From Cyanobacteria bacterium J06626_4 (GTDB taxonomy: Bacteria; Cyanobacteriota; Cyanobacteriia; Phormidesmidales; Phormidesmidaceae): a stretch of 64,000 bases of DNA. The first letter of the stretch is position 1. Each line of letters begins with the position of its first letter. A model generated the notes under the pieces. The model did not search any database and was not told where the DNA came from. It saw only the letters and a list, made by a program, of their open reading frames with translations. Below are positions 31,300 through 40,321 of the stretch, one piece after another. The DNA is taken from the NCBI GenBank assembly GCA_038523235.1, contig JBCBJQ010000013.1, positions 1-64,000 on the forward strand, in the 5' to 3' direction. The translations under genes and the position numbers were made by a program.

Positions 31300-32334
31300 A
31301 TGCTCGAACAATTTGCCAGCGATAACTATTCCGGTATGTGTCCTGAAGCGATCGCCGCCCTGCTAGCAGCGAATCAAGGCCAGGCGATCGCCTATGGCGA
31401 CGACCCGTGGACGCAACGAGCGGCGGACCGCTTGCGTGAGGTGTTTGAGACTGACTGTGAGGTATTTTTTGTCTTTAGCGGCACGGCGGGTAACTCGCTG
31501 GCGCTGGCATCGTTATGCCAGAGCTATCACAGCGTGATTTGTCATGAGCTAGCCCATATAGAAACCGATGAGTGTGGCGCACCAGAATTCTTTTCGAACG
31601 GCGCGAAGCTGCTGCTGGGCAAAGGGGCAGCGGGGAAACTGACCGCCGCGGCGATTGACGACATCGTGCTCAAGCGTGGCGACATTCACTACCCTAAACC
31701 CAAGGTTGTCAGTCTCACCCAGCCTACCGAAGTCGGTACGCTATATAGCTTGGCGGAGCTGGCGGCGATTCGGACTGTGGCCGATCGCCACGGCCTCAAA
31801 ATGCATATGGATGGCGCGCGCTTTGCCAATGCCATCGCTGCTCTCGGCTGCACTCCGGCTGAAATGACCTGGCAGCAGGGCATCGATGTGTTGTGTTTTG
31901 GCGGTACCAAAAACGGGCTAGCGATCGGCGAGGCAGTCATCTTTTTCAACCGAGCCTTGGCCGAAGATTTTGACTACCGCTGCAAACAGGCTGGGCAGTT
32001 GGCCTCAAAAATGCGGTTTGTATCAGCGCCGTTAGTCGGCGTGCTGGAAGACAATATTTGGCTGCACCATGCCCGCCATGCCAATGACTGTGCCGCTTAC
32101 CTATCAGCCCAGCTGGCCCAGATTGCCGGCGTGGAGCTCTTGTTTTCGACCCAGGCTAACGGCGTCTTTGTCGAACTACCCACATCAGTCATTCAGTCCC
32201 TATACGACAAGGGCTGGCATTTTTATACCTTTATTGGCAGCGGCGGCGCCCGGTTTATGTGCAGTTGGAACACCACCCGTGATCGCATCGATGCCCTGGT
32301 TACCGACATCAAAGACGCAATGCTCGCCGCCTGA
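31300..32334 (+). CDS. ltaE: Low-specificity L-threonine aldolase
   Basis: FASDNYSG, AYGDDPWT, HMDGARFANA, FGGTKNG (PLP lysine), KQAGQLASKMRF. Confidence 0.9.
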   Translation: MLEQFASDNYSGMCPEAIAALLAANQGQAIAYGDDPWTQRAADRLREVFETDCEVFFVFSGTAGNSLALASLCQSYHSVICHELAHIETDECGAPEFFSNGAKLLLGKGAAGKLTAAAIDDIVLKRGDIHYPKPKVVSLTQPTEVGTLYSLAELAAIRTVADRHGLKMHMDGARFANAIAALGCTPAEMTWQQGIDVLCFGGTKNGLAIGEAVIFFNRALAEDFDYRCKQAGQLASKMRFVSAPLVGVLEDNIWLHHARHANDCAAYLSAQLAQIAGVELLFSTQANGVFVELPTSVIQSLYDKGWHFYTFIGSGGARFMCSWNTTRDRIDALVTDIKDAMLAA

Positions 32335-32357
32335 GGCTAAGGCCTTGCAGGGAAGGA

Positions 32358-32786
32358 CTATTCCCGACAGTCGTTCAATTCAATGGCGATCGCGTTGAGA
32401 TAGTCTTCACGCGATTCATACTCTCTTTGATGTACGGGTAGTTCGGCCTCGATGGCTTCCTCAGACGATATGCCATCAACTGTGACCGTCGTCTCGGATT
32501 CATCCTCGGCGATCTCTAGTTCACCCTGATCGGCCGCTTCTACCGTCATTTCTGCTGACTCAGGCGCAGGGCCGTCAAAGGTTTCAGCGAGCGTGCCTAA
32601 GTCATCGAGCCCCACCTCTAATCTAAAGTTAGAGTCAGAACTCGCCGGGCTAGAGTTGACAAAGGCATCCCCCTCGGTGACATCCGAGGAACGGCCATCT
32701 CTGAGGCAAAACGCCGCCGCCGATTCGGCACTCAACGCGGTGATTCCCACAAACAGCAGTACGGTCAGCAGCATGGGCTTATTCAT
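32358..32786 (-). CDS. Hypothetical secreted acidic protein
   Basis: Signal peptide MNKPMLLTVLLFVGITALSAESAAA; one Cys near each end of the mature chain. Confidence 0.6.
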   Translation of the reverse strand: MNKPMLLTVLLFVGITALSAESAAAFCLRDGRSSDVTEGDAFVNSSPASSDSNFRLEVGLDDLGTLAETFDGPAPESAEMTVEAADQGELEIAEDESETTVTVDGISSEEAIEAELPVHQREYESREDYLNAIAIELNDCRE

Positions 32787-33094
32787 CGGTTTTTCCTGCG
32801 CTTCAAAAGGGGATATGACTGGGCCAGGCAGGGAGATAACGCGATCGCTGAGATCCGCTGCAACGGTGTGGCATCGCCTGCTCTCCATGACTTAAATAAT
32901 AGCGATTCCCCCTGCCTGCTTGGGGTTAAACCTGACACGCTTTGCCCAATTTGAGAGTTGCGTTGACAACACTATTTCCCTAACCAAAAGCATTGCTGTT
33001 AGGGGGATATCGATGCCCAATTCCAGCGATAGAAAACTATCTCAGGCCAATTTCTTAGCGGCTCTGAATCGAGTGGATTGAGTGCGGCTACCCG

Positions 33095-34243
33095 TTAGGA
33101 CGCCGCTGCCGGCACCGGTATATCCGCTGCTTCAAAGCGAGGCAGATACTGGTCATACCCCTCAGCCGCCAAATCAGCCAGTGGCACAAAGCGCAGAGCC
33201 GCTGAATTGAGACAGTACCGCAATCCGGTCGGAGCGGGACCATCTTCAAACACATGGCCGAGATGGGAATCGGCCTGGCGGCTACGCACTTCAGTTCGCA
33301 CCAAGAAGAAGGAACGGTCTTCTACCTCAACCACATTGCGGGGTGCTAACGGTCGCGAGAAAGAAGGCCACCCCGTACCCGACGCGTATTTATCGAGCGA
33401 GGAAAACAGCGGCTCCCCGGAAACGACATCCACATAAATACCGGATTTTTTGTTGTTCCAGAAGGCATTGGCAAATGGTCGCTCGGTGGCGTCTTCTTGG
33501 GTGACGGCATACTGCTGGGGAGTCAACAGGGCCCGCAAGTCGGCTTCGCTGGGCTTGATCCAGGAGGACTGGTCGCTGAGATTTTCGGCCAGCTGATAAA
33601 CCGTCGTATCGTCTTGCCAGACTCGACTGATGAACTGATTACGGCCTGACCCCTGGCGATACACGCTATAGCGGAGCGGATTCTTTGTGTGGTAGTCCTG
33701 GTGGTAGTCTTCGGCGATATAAAAGGTCTCAGCGGGCGCGATCGCAGTGGCGATCGGCTCCTCAAACTTGCCGGACGCAGCGAGAGCCGCTTTTGACCCT
33801 TCCGCGAGACGTTGCTGCTCCGCATCGGCGTAAAAGATCGCCGACGTATAAGATTCGCCGCGATCGACAAACGAACCGTCAGCATCGGTGGGATCGTGCA
33901 TTCGCCAAAAGGCATCGAGCAGTTGCTGATACTCCACCACTTCGGGGTCATAGCGCACCTCAACAGCTTCTCGATGGCCGGTCGTGTGGCTGGCAACCTG
34001 TTCGTAGGTCGGGTTTTCGACCGTGCCCCCCATGTAGCCTGACACCACCTCGGCGACGCCCGGCACCTTTTCAAAGTCGGACTCCACACACCAAAAACAG
34101 CCCGCCGCAAAATAGGCCACCTCGGCATCTTCGATTTCAGCAATCGAGGTCGCCATGTTGCGGCTGTGGGGCAGTTGTGTAAAGAGCGCCGTTGCGCCGA
34201 TCACCACCCCCATCAAAACCAACCAGTAAACTCGTTTCATCAA
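33095..34243 (-). CDS. msrAB: Bifunctional methionine sulfoxide reductase MsrA/MsrB, exported
   Basis: MsrA GCFWCVE and AEDYHQDY; Msr[23 protein letters not shown]-terminal TM/signal. Confidence 0.93.
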   Translation of the reverse strand: MMKRVYWLVLMGVVIGATALFTQLPHSRNMATSIAEIEDAEVAYFAAGCFWCVESDFEKVPGVAEVVSGYMGGTVENPTYEQVASHTTGHREAVEVRYDPEVVEYQQLLDAFWRMHDPTDADGSFVDRGESYTSAIFYADAEQQRLAEGSKAALAASGKFEEPIATAIAPAETFYIAEDYHQDYHTKNPLRYSVYRQGSGRNQFISRVWQDDTTVYQLAENLSDQSSWIKPSEADLRALLTPQQYAVTQEDATERPFANAFWNNKKSGIYVDVVSGEPLFSSLDKYASGTGWPSFSRPLAPRNVVEVEDRSFFLVRTEVRSRQADSHLGHVFEDGPAPTGLRYCLNSAALRFVPLADLAAEGYDQYLPRFEAADIPVPAAAS

Positions 34244-34667
34244 ACCTCTTCATCACTCATCAAAAGTTGGGCCACGTGGTGCCTGCTGTGGGGATCGCCC
34301 GGCGCCATCCCTTCAGCTTGACCCGTCTCAATCGGTTGCCTTGGGTTAAGTCGTCGGCTCGTCCATTCGGAGACGAGTCGTCCTACCCGCAGACTTCAGA
34401 TTTGCAGCCACATTCCACTATAGGAATTTAAGTTTAAGGTAGCGATATTTAGCCGCCACATCAGATTAAAGCTGGCTGCTCACCCAGCAGAAAATCCAAC
34501 TAGTGTGAGCGATAAACTGACGGCCAGATACTCTGGAAAGTGCTTTCAGAAGGGAGCACGATGACATTTCCTGAAGCAGACTGACCATCTCATTGGCACT
34601 CAATGCTCTTGATGAGCACGCCGAGGGGGCAAATAATTATCGGCTGGCAAATGTTCAGAGAGAGGAA

Positions 34668-35618
34668 TCATACAGGGCACAGGGGACGCGCTTGATAGTC
34701 GCGATCGCGTGGATACAACGTGTCTGGCCCAAAAGCGTTATCTGCCATGCGAGTTTCGAACAGTTGAATGGCATTGGGAAACGGCGCTAGATGGGTGACC
34801 TGATTGTGGTGCAGCTGGCAATGCTCCACGATGATTTCCTCACTATCCACCACGTTAAATAGATAGTCATCGCCAATGGGCGGCACCCCTTGGATGAGAT
34901 CGACCCGATTGTCATACATCAAACAGTGGGTGAAATCGATCCGTTGGCAATTCAGCAGACCAATCATCGAGAAGCCAGCGTTGTCAAAAAATTGGCAGTT
35001 CTGGAACCGTAGGTCACTCGCCTGCTGCAAACACAAAATGCCGTAGGTGCAGTCGCGAATGACCGAGTTATAGCAGTTTAGTTGGGTCAGGCCATTGGCT
35101 TCGATACCGTGGGTGCCACTGCCAAATAGAATGCAGTCATCGATGCGCACAGCTTCACAGTTAGCGAATGCTAAAACGCTACCTCGGCAGAACCCGGCGT
35201 CGCCCGTGTGAGCCAGTTCCAGATTTTCAAAGCGAACATTGCGACAGTCGCGAAACTTGAGCACATCAGCATAGCGAGGACGGGTCAAAATTCGGGAAAG
35301 CGTATTTTCGACGCCCTTGATCCACAGATTTTCCACGTTCGTAATGACTAACTCATAGCCGTCATACACTTCCTCAAACCGAGCGTAGGGGCTTTGCCAA
35401 GTCGGATCAATGTCAGAAAGCGTGAACGCCCCCGAACGAACTCGAAGAATGCGGTCAGGCCCGATCGCATTTAAGAAATCCTCGGTGGTGTCAACCATAA
35501 TCCGCTGATTGCCCCTCGGCGGCTGAGCCTGCACCGACTGCTTAGGGGAAAAGGCTAGCGCCGCGCCCAACCCACTCCAAAGTGCAGTCTGCGTAAACTG
35601 TCGTCGCGATAAGGTCAT
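34668..35618 (-). CDS. Tat-exported right-handed beta-helix repeat protein
   Basis: Twin-arginine signal SRRQF; repeated units (FRDCRNVRFEN, FANCEAVRIDDC, FQNCQFFDN, FTHCLMYDN). Confidence 0.75.
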   Translation of the reverse strand: MTLSRRQFTQTALWSGLGAALAFSPKQSVQAQPPRGNQRIMVDTTEDFLNAIGPDRILRVRSGAFTLSDIDPTWQSPYARFEEVYDGYELVITNVENLWIKGVENTLSRILTRPRYADVLKFRDCRNVRFENLELAHTGDAGFCRGSVLAFANCEAVRIDDCILFGSGTHGIEANGLTQLNCYNSVIRDCTYGILCLQQASDLRFQNCQFFDNAGFSMIGLLNCQRIDFTHCLMYDNRVDLIQGVPPIGDDYLFNVVDSEEIIVEHCQLHHNQVTHLAPFPNAIQLFETRMADNAFGPDTLYPRDRDYQARPLCPV

Positions 35619-35760
35619 AACGGTTGATTTTTAACTGAAATTAGCCGGTGAGAGCATGACTCAAACCCTAGCACTGGTGACATTTCAGCAACTTACAAGT
35701 CCGCATAAACGCAACAGAATTTCAAATCAGCTACCGGCGGATGGCAGATCACCCATGCCG

Positions 35761-36339
35761 CTAAGGAAATAAATCGCCCACTGCGATCGCGGTTTCAGCT
35801 CGTTCTGGTAACGGTACGGTTTGTCCGGTTTGATAGGGCTGCTGGCGGCGGTAGCTAAAGCCGTATTCGGCACTGGTATCAACCTGTGGATCGCCATAGA
35901 TTTCTAGCTGGCGATCGTTCAGATTCACGATCCAATACTCAGCAATCCCGGCTTTAGCGTACAGGCTGCCTTTGACTTTGCGGTCGTAGCGCAAGGAGCT
36001 ATCGGCCACCTCAATAATGAGGACTGCTGTGGTGGGATGAGCATCAGTGTAGTCGCGAATAGTTCCTGAAACGACCGCAATATCGGGTTCAGGTTCTGAG
36101 TTATCGCTGATGACAAAGGGCTTTCGCTGACGAATGTAATAACCAGTCGCAAAAACAGGTTTCAACGCCGCATCAACCAAATCGATCGCGATTGCATGGG
36201 CACTTTTCATCGCTGCCATGTCAATTACCTGCCCTTCGATAAGCTCTACGCGTCGTCCCTGAAAAAAGTTGAGATCAGCGAGACGATAATATTCGTCACG
36301 GTTCCACAGGTGGATGCGAGGCTCGGTTACGGGTGTCAT
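35761..36339 (-). CDS. Uma2 family endonuclease-like protein
   Basis: RVELIEG, SEPEPDIAV, IIEVADSSLRYDRKVK...YAKAGIAEYWIVNL. Confidence 0.92.
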   Translation of the reverse strand: MTPVTEPRIHLWNRDEYYRLADLNFFQGRRVELIEGQVIDMAAMKSAHAIAIDLVDAALKPVFATGYYIRQRKPFVISDNSEPEPDIAVVSGTIRDYTDAHPTTAVLIIEVADSSLRYDRKVKGSLYAKAGIAEYWIVNLNDRQLEIYGDPQVDTSAEYGFSYRRQQPYQTGQTVPLPERAETAIAVGDLFP

Positions 36340-36599
36340 CAGGGGCTGCCGGCTGCCGTCACCTAAATTGTAGCCACACAACCGCGTGAAAGAATTTCCA
36401 CCGCTTGTGCCTCGCGGCGATCAACACAAGTTCCTGAAGCCTTCTTTCAGCACGATTAATTCCCCTCTCAGGCAAGCTTTAATCTGTGCTTAACCGCTAC
36501 TCGGGAACGCCTCAGCCCCCGCCACCACTATAGGAATCAAGAAAGCAAAACCCTAGTAATAACTAGGGTTTGACCGTTTATTCAATTGAGGCTTTAACC

Positions 36600-36776
36600 A
36601 TGAAACGCTTTTTACTCTCGACCTTTGCAGTTGTGATGTCTCTGGGTACGTTTGCCGCGATCGCCAATGCCCAACAGGTCAGTCTTGGCGACCCGGCTGC
36701 CGACCTGAATGGGGATGGTGAAGTGACTCTCCATGAAGTGAGAAACTACAACCGTGATCAACGGCAAAAGAACTAA
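36600..36776 (+). CDS. Small secreted protein with a single EF-hand-like loop
   Basis: Signal peptide MKRFLLSTFAVVMSLGTFAAIANA; DLNGDGEVTLHE 12-residue loop. Confidence 0.7.
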   Translation: MKRFLLSTFAVVMSLGTFAAIANAQQVSLGDPAADLNGDGEVTLHEVRNYNRDQRQKN

Positions 36777-36803
36777 TTCTCAATGACAGAGGCCATGACT
36801 AAT

Positions 36804-36835
36804 GCCCGGCCTCGATACGATTGTCGAGGCCGGGC
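36804..36835 (+). terminator. GC-rich hairpin after the small EF-hand gene
   Basis: GCCCGGCCTCGA-tacgattg-TCGAGGCCGGGC; no U-tract. Confidence 0.45.
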
Positions 36836-36939
36836 GCACTCATCTGGCCAAAACGGATTCGGGCTTCTTAACCCAACAGGATGGCGAATTCAGTCATGAC
36901 CTAAGCAGACATCCATGCATCGCGTTGGAGTTGGCTGCT

Positions 36940-37809
36940 TTAGTTAGCCTCGATTTCAAGATTCAGCATCTCAACCCAAACCTCGGGACTCCCGGCGCTC
37001 ATCAAATCAATGACGGAAACGGGCTGTTGCGGGTTAGCGGAAACGCTGAAACCCTTGGGGTCTTCAATAAAGGCTGTCGTTTCTTCAATGACTGCCATCA
37101 CCGTCGGATCATCGGCCGACACGAAGAATTGAGCATTTTGGGAAATCCCTGAAACCAGTTGCGTCTTAAACTGCTCAACGTCTTGGTTGCTTTTAGCAGC
37201 CATTGACGCCATCATCGTCTCGGCAAAGGAATCATCGCGATAGATAATCTCGGCTGAGTGCAAAGTGACGCCTGCAGTTGAAGCAGTGTCGGGAGAATAG
37301 TTACCCAGCTTAAGTGTTGCTTCTAGGTAGCCCAGATCTTTCGCACCAAAGCGAAACTGCTCTAGGGTCATCTCACCCGAGGCCTCGTCATACTCATATT
37401 TGGTATCCAAGTTGAGGGCTATCGTGCCGTCATAGCCAGCTTGCTTCATAAAATTGTCAAATGTGGGCTCATTCATCTCACCAATGTCAAACTGGATGCC
37501 CTTTAAAGAGGCATCGACCACCGTCGGGAAGTCAGACTTGTCGTCAAATTCGCGCACAATCACCTGGTCAATCTTGACGGCTTGGGCGGGCGCTTCAATC
37601 GGGGCCACACTCACGTTTTTGACCGTGATGTCAGCGCCTAAGGGATTGACGCTGACCTGGCCATACTCAATGACCACGTCATCATCAACTTCAGCAATCA
37701 ATTCGTTGATCTTGGCCTCGGCTACCTTGGCGGTGTAAAAACTGACGCCGGTGTACACACCGATCGCTAATGCCCCGATGCCTAATCCCGTAGCCAATAA
37801 CTTCTTCAT
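36940..37809 (-). CDS. Hypothetical membrane-anchored protein
   Basis: N-terminal TM followed by an acidic beta-rich domain. Confidence 0.65.
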   Translation of the reverse strand: MKKLLATGLGIGALAIGVYTGVSFYTAKVAEAKINELIAEVDDDVVIEYGQVSVNPLGADITVKNVSVAPIEAPAQAVKIDQVIVREFDDKSDFPTVVDASLKGIQFDIGEMNEPTFDNFMKQAGYDGTIALNLDTKYEYDEASGEMTLEQFRFGAKDLGYLEATLKLGNYSPDTASTAGVTLHSAEIIYRDDSFAETMMASMAAKSNQDVEQFKTQLVSGISQNAQFFVSADDPTVMAVIEETTAFIEDPKGFSVSANPQQPVSVIDLMSAGSPEVWVEMLNLEIEAN

Positions 37810-37960
37810 GCCGAGAAAACCTCTTGGGTGAGTCTATAGGCATATCTTCAGCGTGCTACGGCCCGATTCCTGAAGGCGAGAGCGTCGTTCTGGCTAGTCG
37901 AGGCGGGCGATCGCTCACTTTCTCCACCACGATTGCAAACTGCCATGAACGAATTCTGTG

Positions 37961-39085
37961 CTATGTCCAGATGCCAACAGTCGTCACACCAACCCAATCA
38001 CCGTCGGTATTTTGGCCAACGTTGTAGAGATAGTAAATAGACATGCAGCCTACGACATATTCCTGGAGGTTAGTCAGGTTTGACAGTAGCCAGTTGTCCA
38101 AAGGCTCCAACGTTGGACTTTTCTCAATGGGTGAATCATCATCATAGACATCATCGTCATCATGCAATTCTGTGAACTGGCAAACACGAGAGAATCCAAC
38201 GGCATCGGTTAAGCTGCACAACAGCAGTTCTTTGCTATCAGCTATTCTCATCACAAAACGTTCAACAGAATAATCAGGTTCGAAGAACTGCCTAGTATAA
38301 AGCTCCATGCCAAGCAATATTTGCTTGATTTTCCTAGCTAGCACAAGGGATATCTCGCTAGCTTTTCTGTTTTGACAAGCCTCTACTTTCGATAACTTTT
38401 CACCACTAAAGCTCACCCATTGCGCGATCGTCATACCCTCTAATGAACCAACATGCAATGGAATATTGAGACTTTCAAGCAAGCTCTCTGTGTCAAATCG
38501 AACGTAGCAATCTGCTCTATTCGTTAACGGCACACGTTCTCGCTCCCGAAATGCGGACTGCCAAAGTTTTTGTTCTAGCCTAGGATCGCAATCTGTAGAT
38601 AGCCTTTTTGCACCAAAGCGAGTTTCAAAGTCTGCCTTAACCTCTGGGGCAATGCCAATCCATTCTCCAGTTTTAGTTTCTGCGAGGATGATCGGAAATC
38701 CCTCGAAGGGTTCTACGGTTGAATGCTCTTCAGGATGGTCCATCGCCCACTTGCAAGGCGCATCACTTTTTGAAACGACATAGACCTGTACTTCGGTACA
38801 GTGAGAGTCCAAAAACTTAAGTAACTCTACCTGCTTTTCATCTTCAGGAAATAGCTCTTCACGAAAGGTCTCAGTCGGAAACTGCTTGTTTTGCGGAAAG
38901 ACGCTCTCGATGTCGACCTCTTCGAGATATCCTTCTGCTTCGAGCAGTCTGTCCAATGTCAGCTCTCCCTGCTCATCGGGTTCCCAGACAAAAGGGTCAA
39001 CGTAATAATCGCCTTCGGTACTAAAAACGAGACCATTGGTCAGTTGCCTTAATTCTTCGAGCATTCTGGCGGTAGTTGGCTTCAT
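37961..39085 (-). CDS. Nuclease A inhibitor (NuiA)-like protein, apparently two domains
   Basis: NuiA-like N-terminus LRQLTNGLVFSTEGDY..PFVW; internal end ETKTGEWIGI; C-terminus LLSNLTNLQEYVVG...VGQNTDGDWVGVTT. Confidence 0.6.
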   Translation of the reverse strand: MKPTTARMLEELRQLTNGLVFSTEGDYYVDPFVWEPDEQGELTLDRLLEAEGYLEEVDIESVFPQNKQFPTETFREELFPEDEKQVELLKFLDSHCTEVQVYVVSKSDAPCKWAMDHPEEHSTVEPFEGFPIILAETKTGEWIGIAPEVKADFETRFGAKRLSTDCDPRLEQKLWQSAFRERERVPLTNRADCYVRFDTESLLESLNIPLHVGSLEGMTIAQWVSFSGEKLSKVEACQNRKASEISLVLARKIKQILLGMELYTRQFFEPDYSVERFVMRIADSKELLLCSLTDAVGFSRVCQFTELHDDDDVYDDDSPIEKSPTLEPLDNWLLSNLTNLQEYVVGCMSIYYLYNVGQNTDGDWVGVTTVGIWT

Positions 39086-39224
39086 GACTTTCCGAGGCTG
39101 TTTGATAGTGTCAGGGAGACGCAGCAACTTAGTTCATTTGTATCACTTGAGCCGCTGCCTGTCACGTTGTTTTGAGAGGGCAGTGTGAGATAGTGCTCAA
39201 GCTCGTTTTTGAGTAGGGCGATCG

Positions 39225-39698
39225 CTAACTTTCTTGCCACAGGAATGGGTAATTCTCAGGCGAGGTAGCGAGCGTCGCTTTTACTGGATTTTGGCAAATA
39301 TAGTTCCAGATAGCGGTGAAGGCGCGATCGTTGCGGACGATATGGTCATAGCGTTCAGGTTGCCAAATGGTGCCGATGTGGGGCATCACTTTGGGGATTT
39401 GTTTAGCGCTGTAGCTTTTGATGCTATGCATAATGCTGCTGAGGGACCAGTATGCTTCCTCGGTCTTGGACCGCGGTCTAATCAGCATATGCATATGCAC
39501 ATGGTCGGGCATCACGACGAGGGCAAATAGGTCATACCGCTGAGTGTTAAAGAACAGGCAGGCGTCCAGCGCAATCTGCCGTGCAGCAGGAGAAAGTTCT
39601 AGTCTTTCCCAGGTGTTAAAGGTGATGAAGTAAGTTGAGCCATCATATTCTCAGTGAGGCAGCATTCGCTGGGTGATTTTGAGCTGTGGCTCTTTCAT
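39225..39698 (-). pseudogene. REP-associated tyrosine transposase (RAYT, IS200-like HUH) pseudogene
   Basis: ATG 39698 reads MKEPQLKITQRMLPH*EYDGSTYFITF, with an in-frame TGA at 39651-39653 where Trp is expected; VMPDHVH, IWQPERYDHIVR, YICQNPVKA. Confidence 0.85.
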
Positions 39699-39760
39699 GG
39701 GTGGGAGTGGAAATGTTTTCCTTAGAATGCCCTTCTCATCATCAGAGTCTTGATAGAACC

Positions 39761-39840
39761 CTTGTCGGACGGGGCCTTTGGCCTGTCCTAGTGCTGAATA
39801 GCGGTTGCCTCAAGGACGGCCAGGATGGCCGTTGCACAAG
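39761..39840. repeat. Degenerate inverted REP doublet upstream of RAYT
   Basis: Left arm CTTGTCGGACGGGGCCTTTGGCCTGTCCT; right arm reverse complement CTTGTGCAACGGCCATCCTGGCCGTCCT; each arm is a small hairpin. Confidence 0.6.
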
Positions 39841-40321
39841 AAGGTTGTCTGCGGTGAGTTGGTAGGGGCATATTTGGTATGATCGAATGATCTCTAATTC
39901 CCTGCCCAAAAGTCATTCTGGCAGACTATCCAGCTCATCCGAAATCGCTCCCTGCAAATCCTCATCGCAGTGGGTATGCAAATGAAGCACCGAGGCCAAT
40001 CCCTCGGCCAAAATGTCCGCTTTTTGGTCGTCTTGCAAATTTGTCACCTGAAGTTGGTGCATTAGCTCTAGCACTCGACTACACTCTTCCCCAGTTCTGG
40101 CATCAGAGTTTGCAGTGTGGCGTTGTTAATCGGTAGCGATCGCTCTTGCCGCTGCATGATTATCTCTCTCAACGCTTGCGGGTTTGTTGCATTCCTTACA
40201 CAACTGCCATGATGGTATTTCTCGGTGGGTAGGGCGATCGCTCAACTCTCTCCATACGTCTAAGGTGGGGGCCGCCCAAAGTCAGGATAATGAAGCCACA
40301 CGGGCAAAAGGACGCGGTGCT

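Noticed and set aside
39965..39985. GGGTA as a possible SigF-type promoter element upstream of the CIS locus
   Set aside because: A 5-bp match is expected by chance and there is no TSS information
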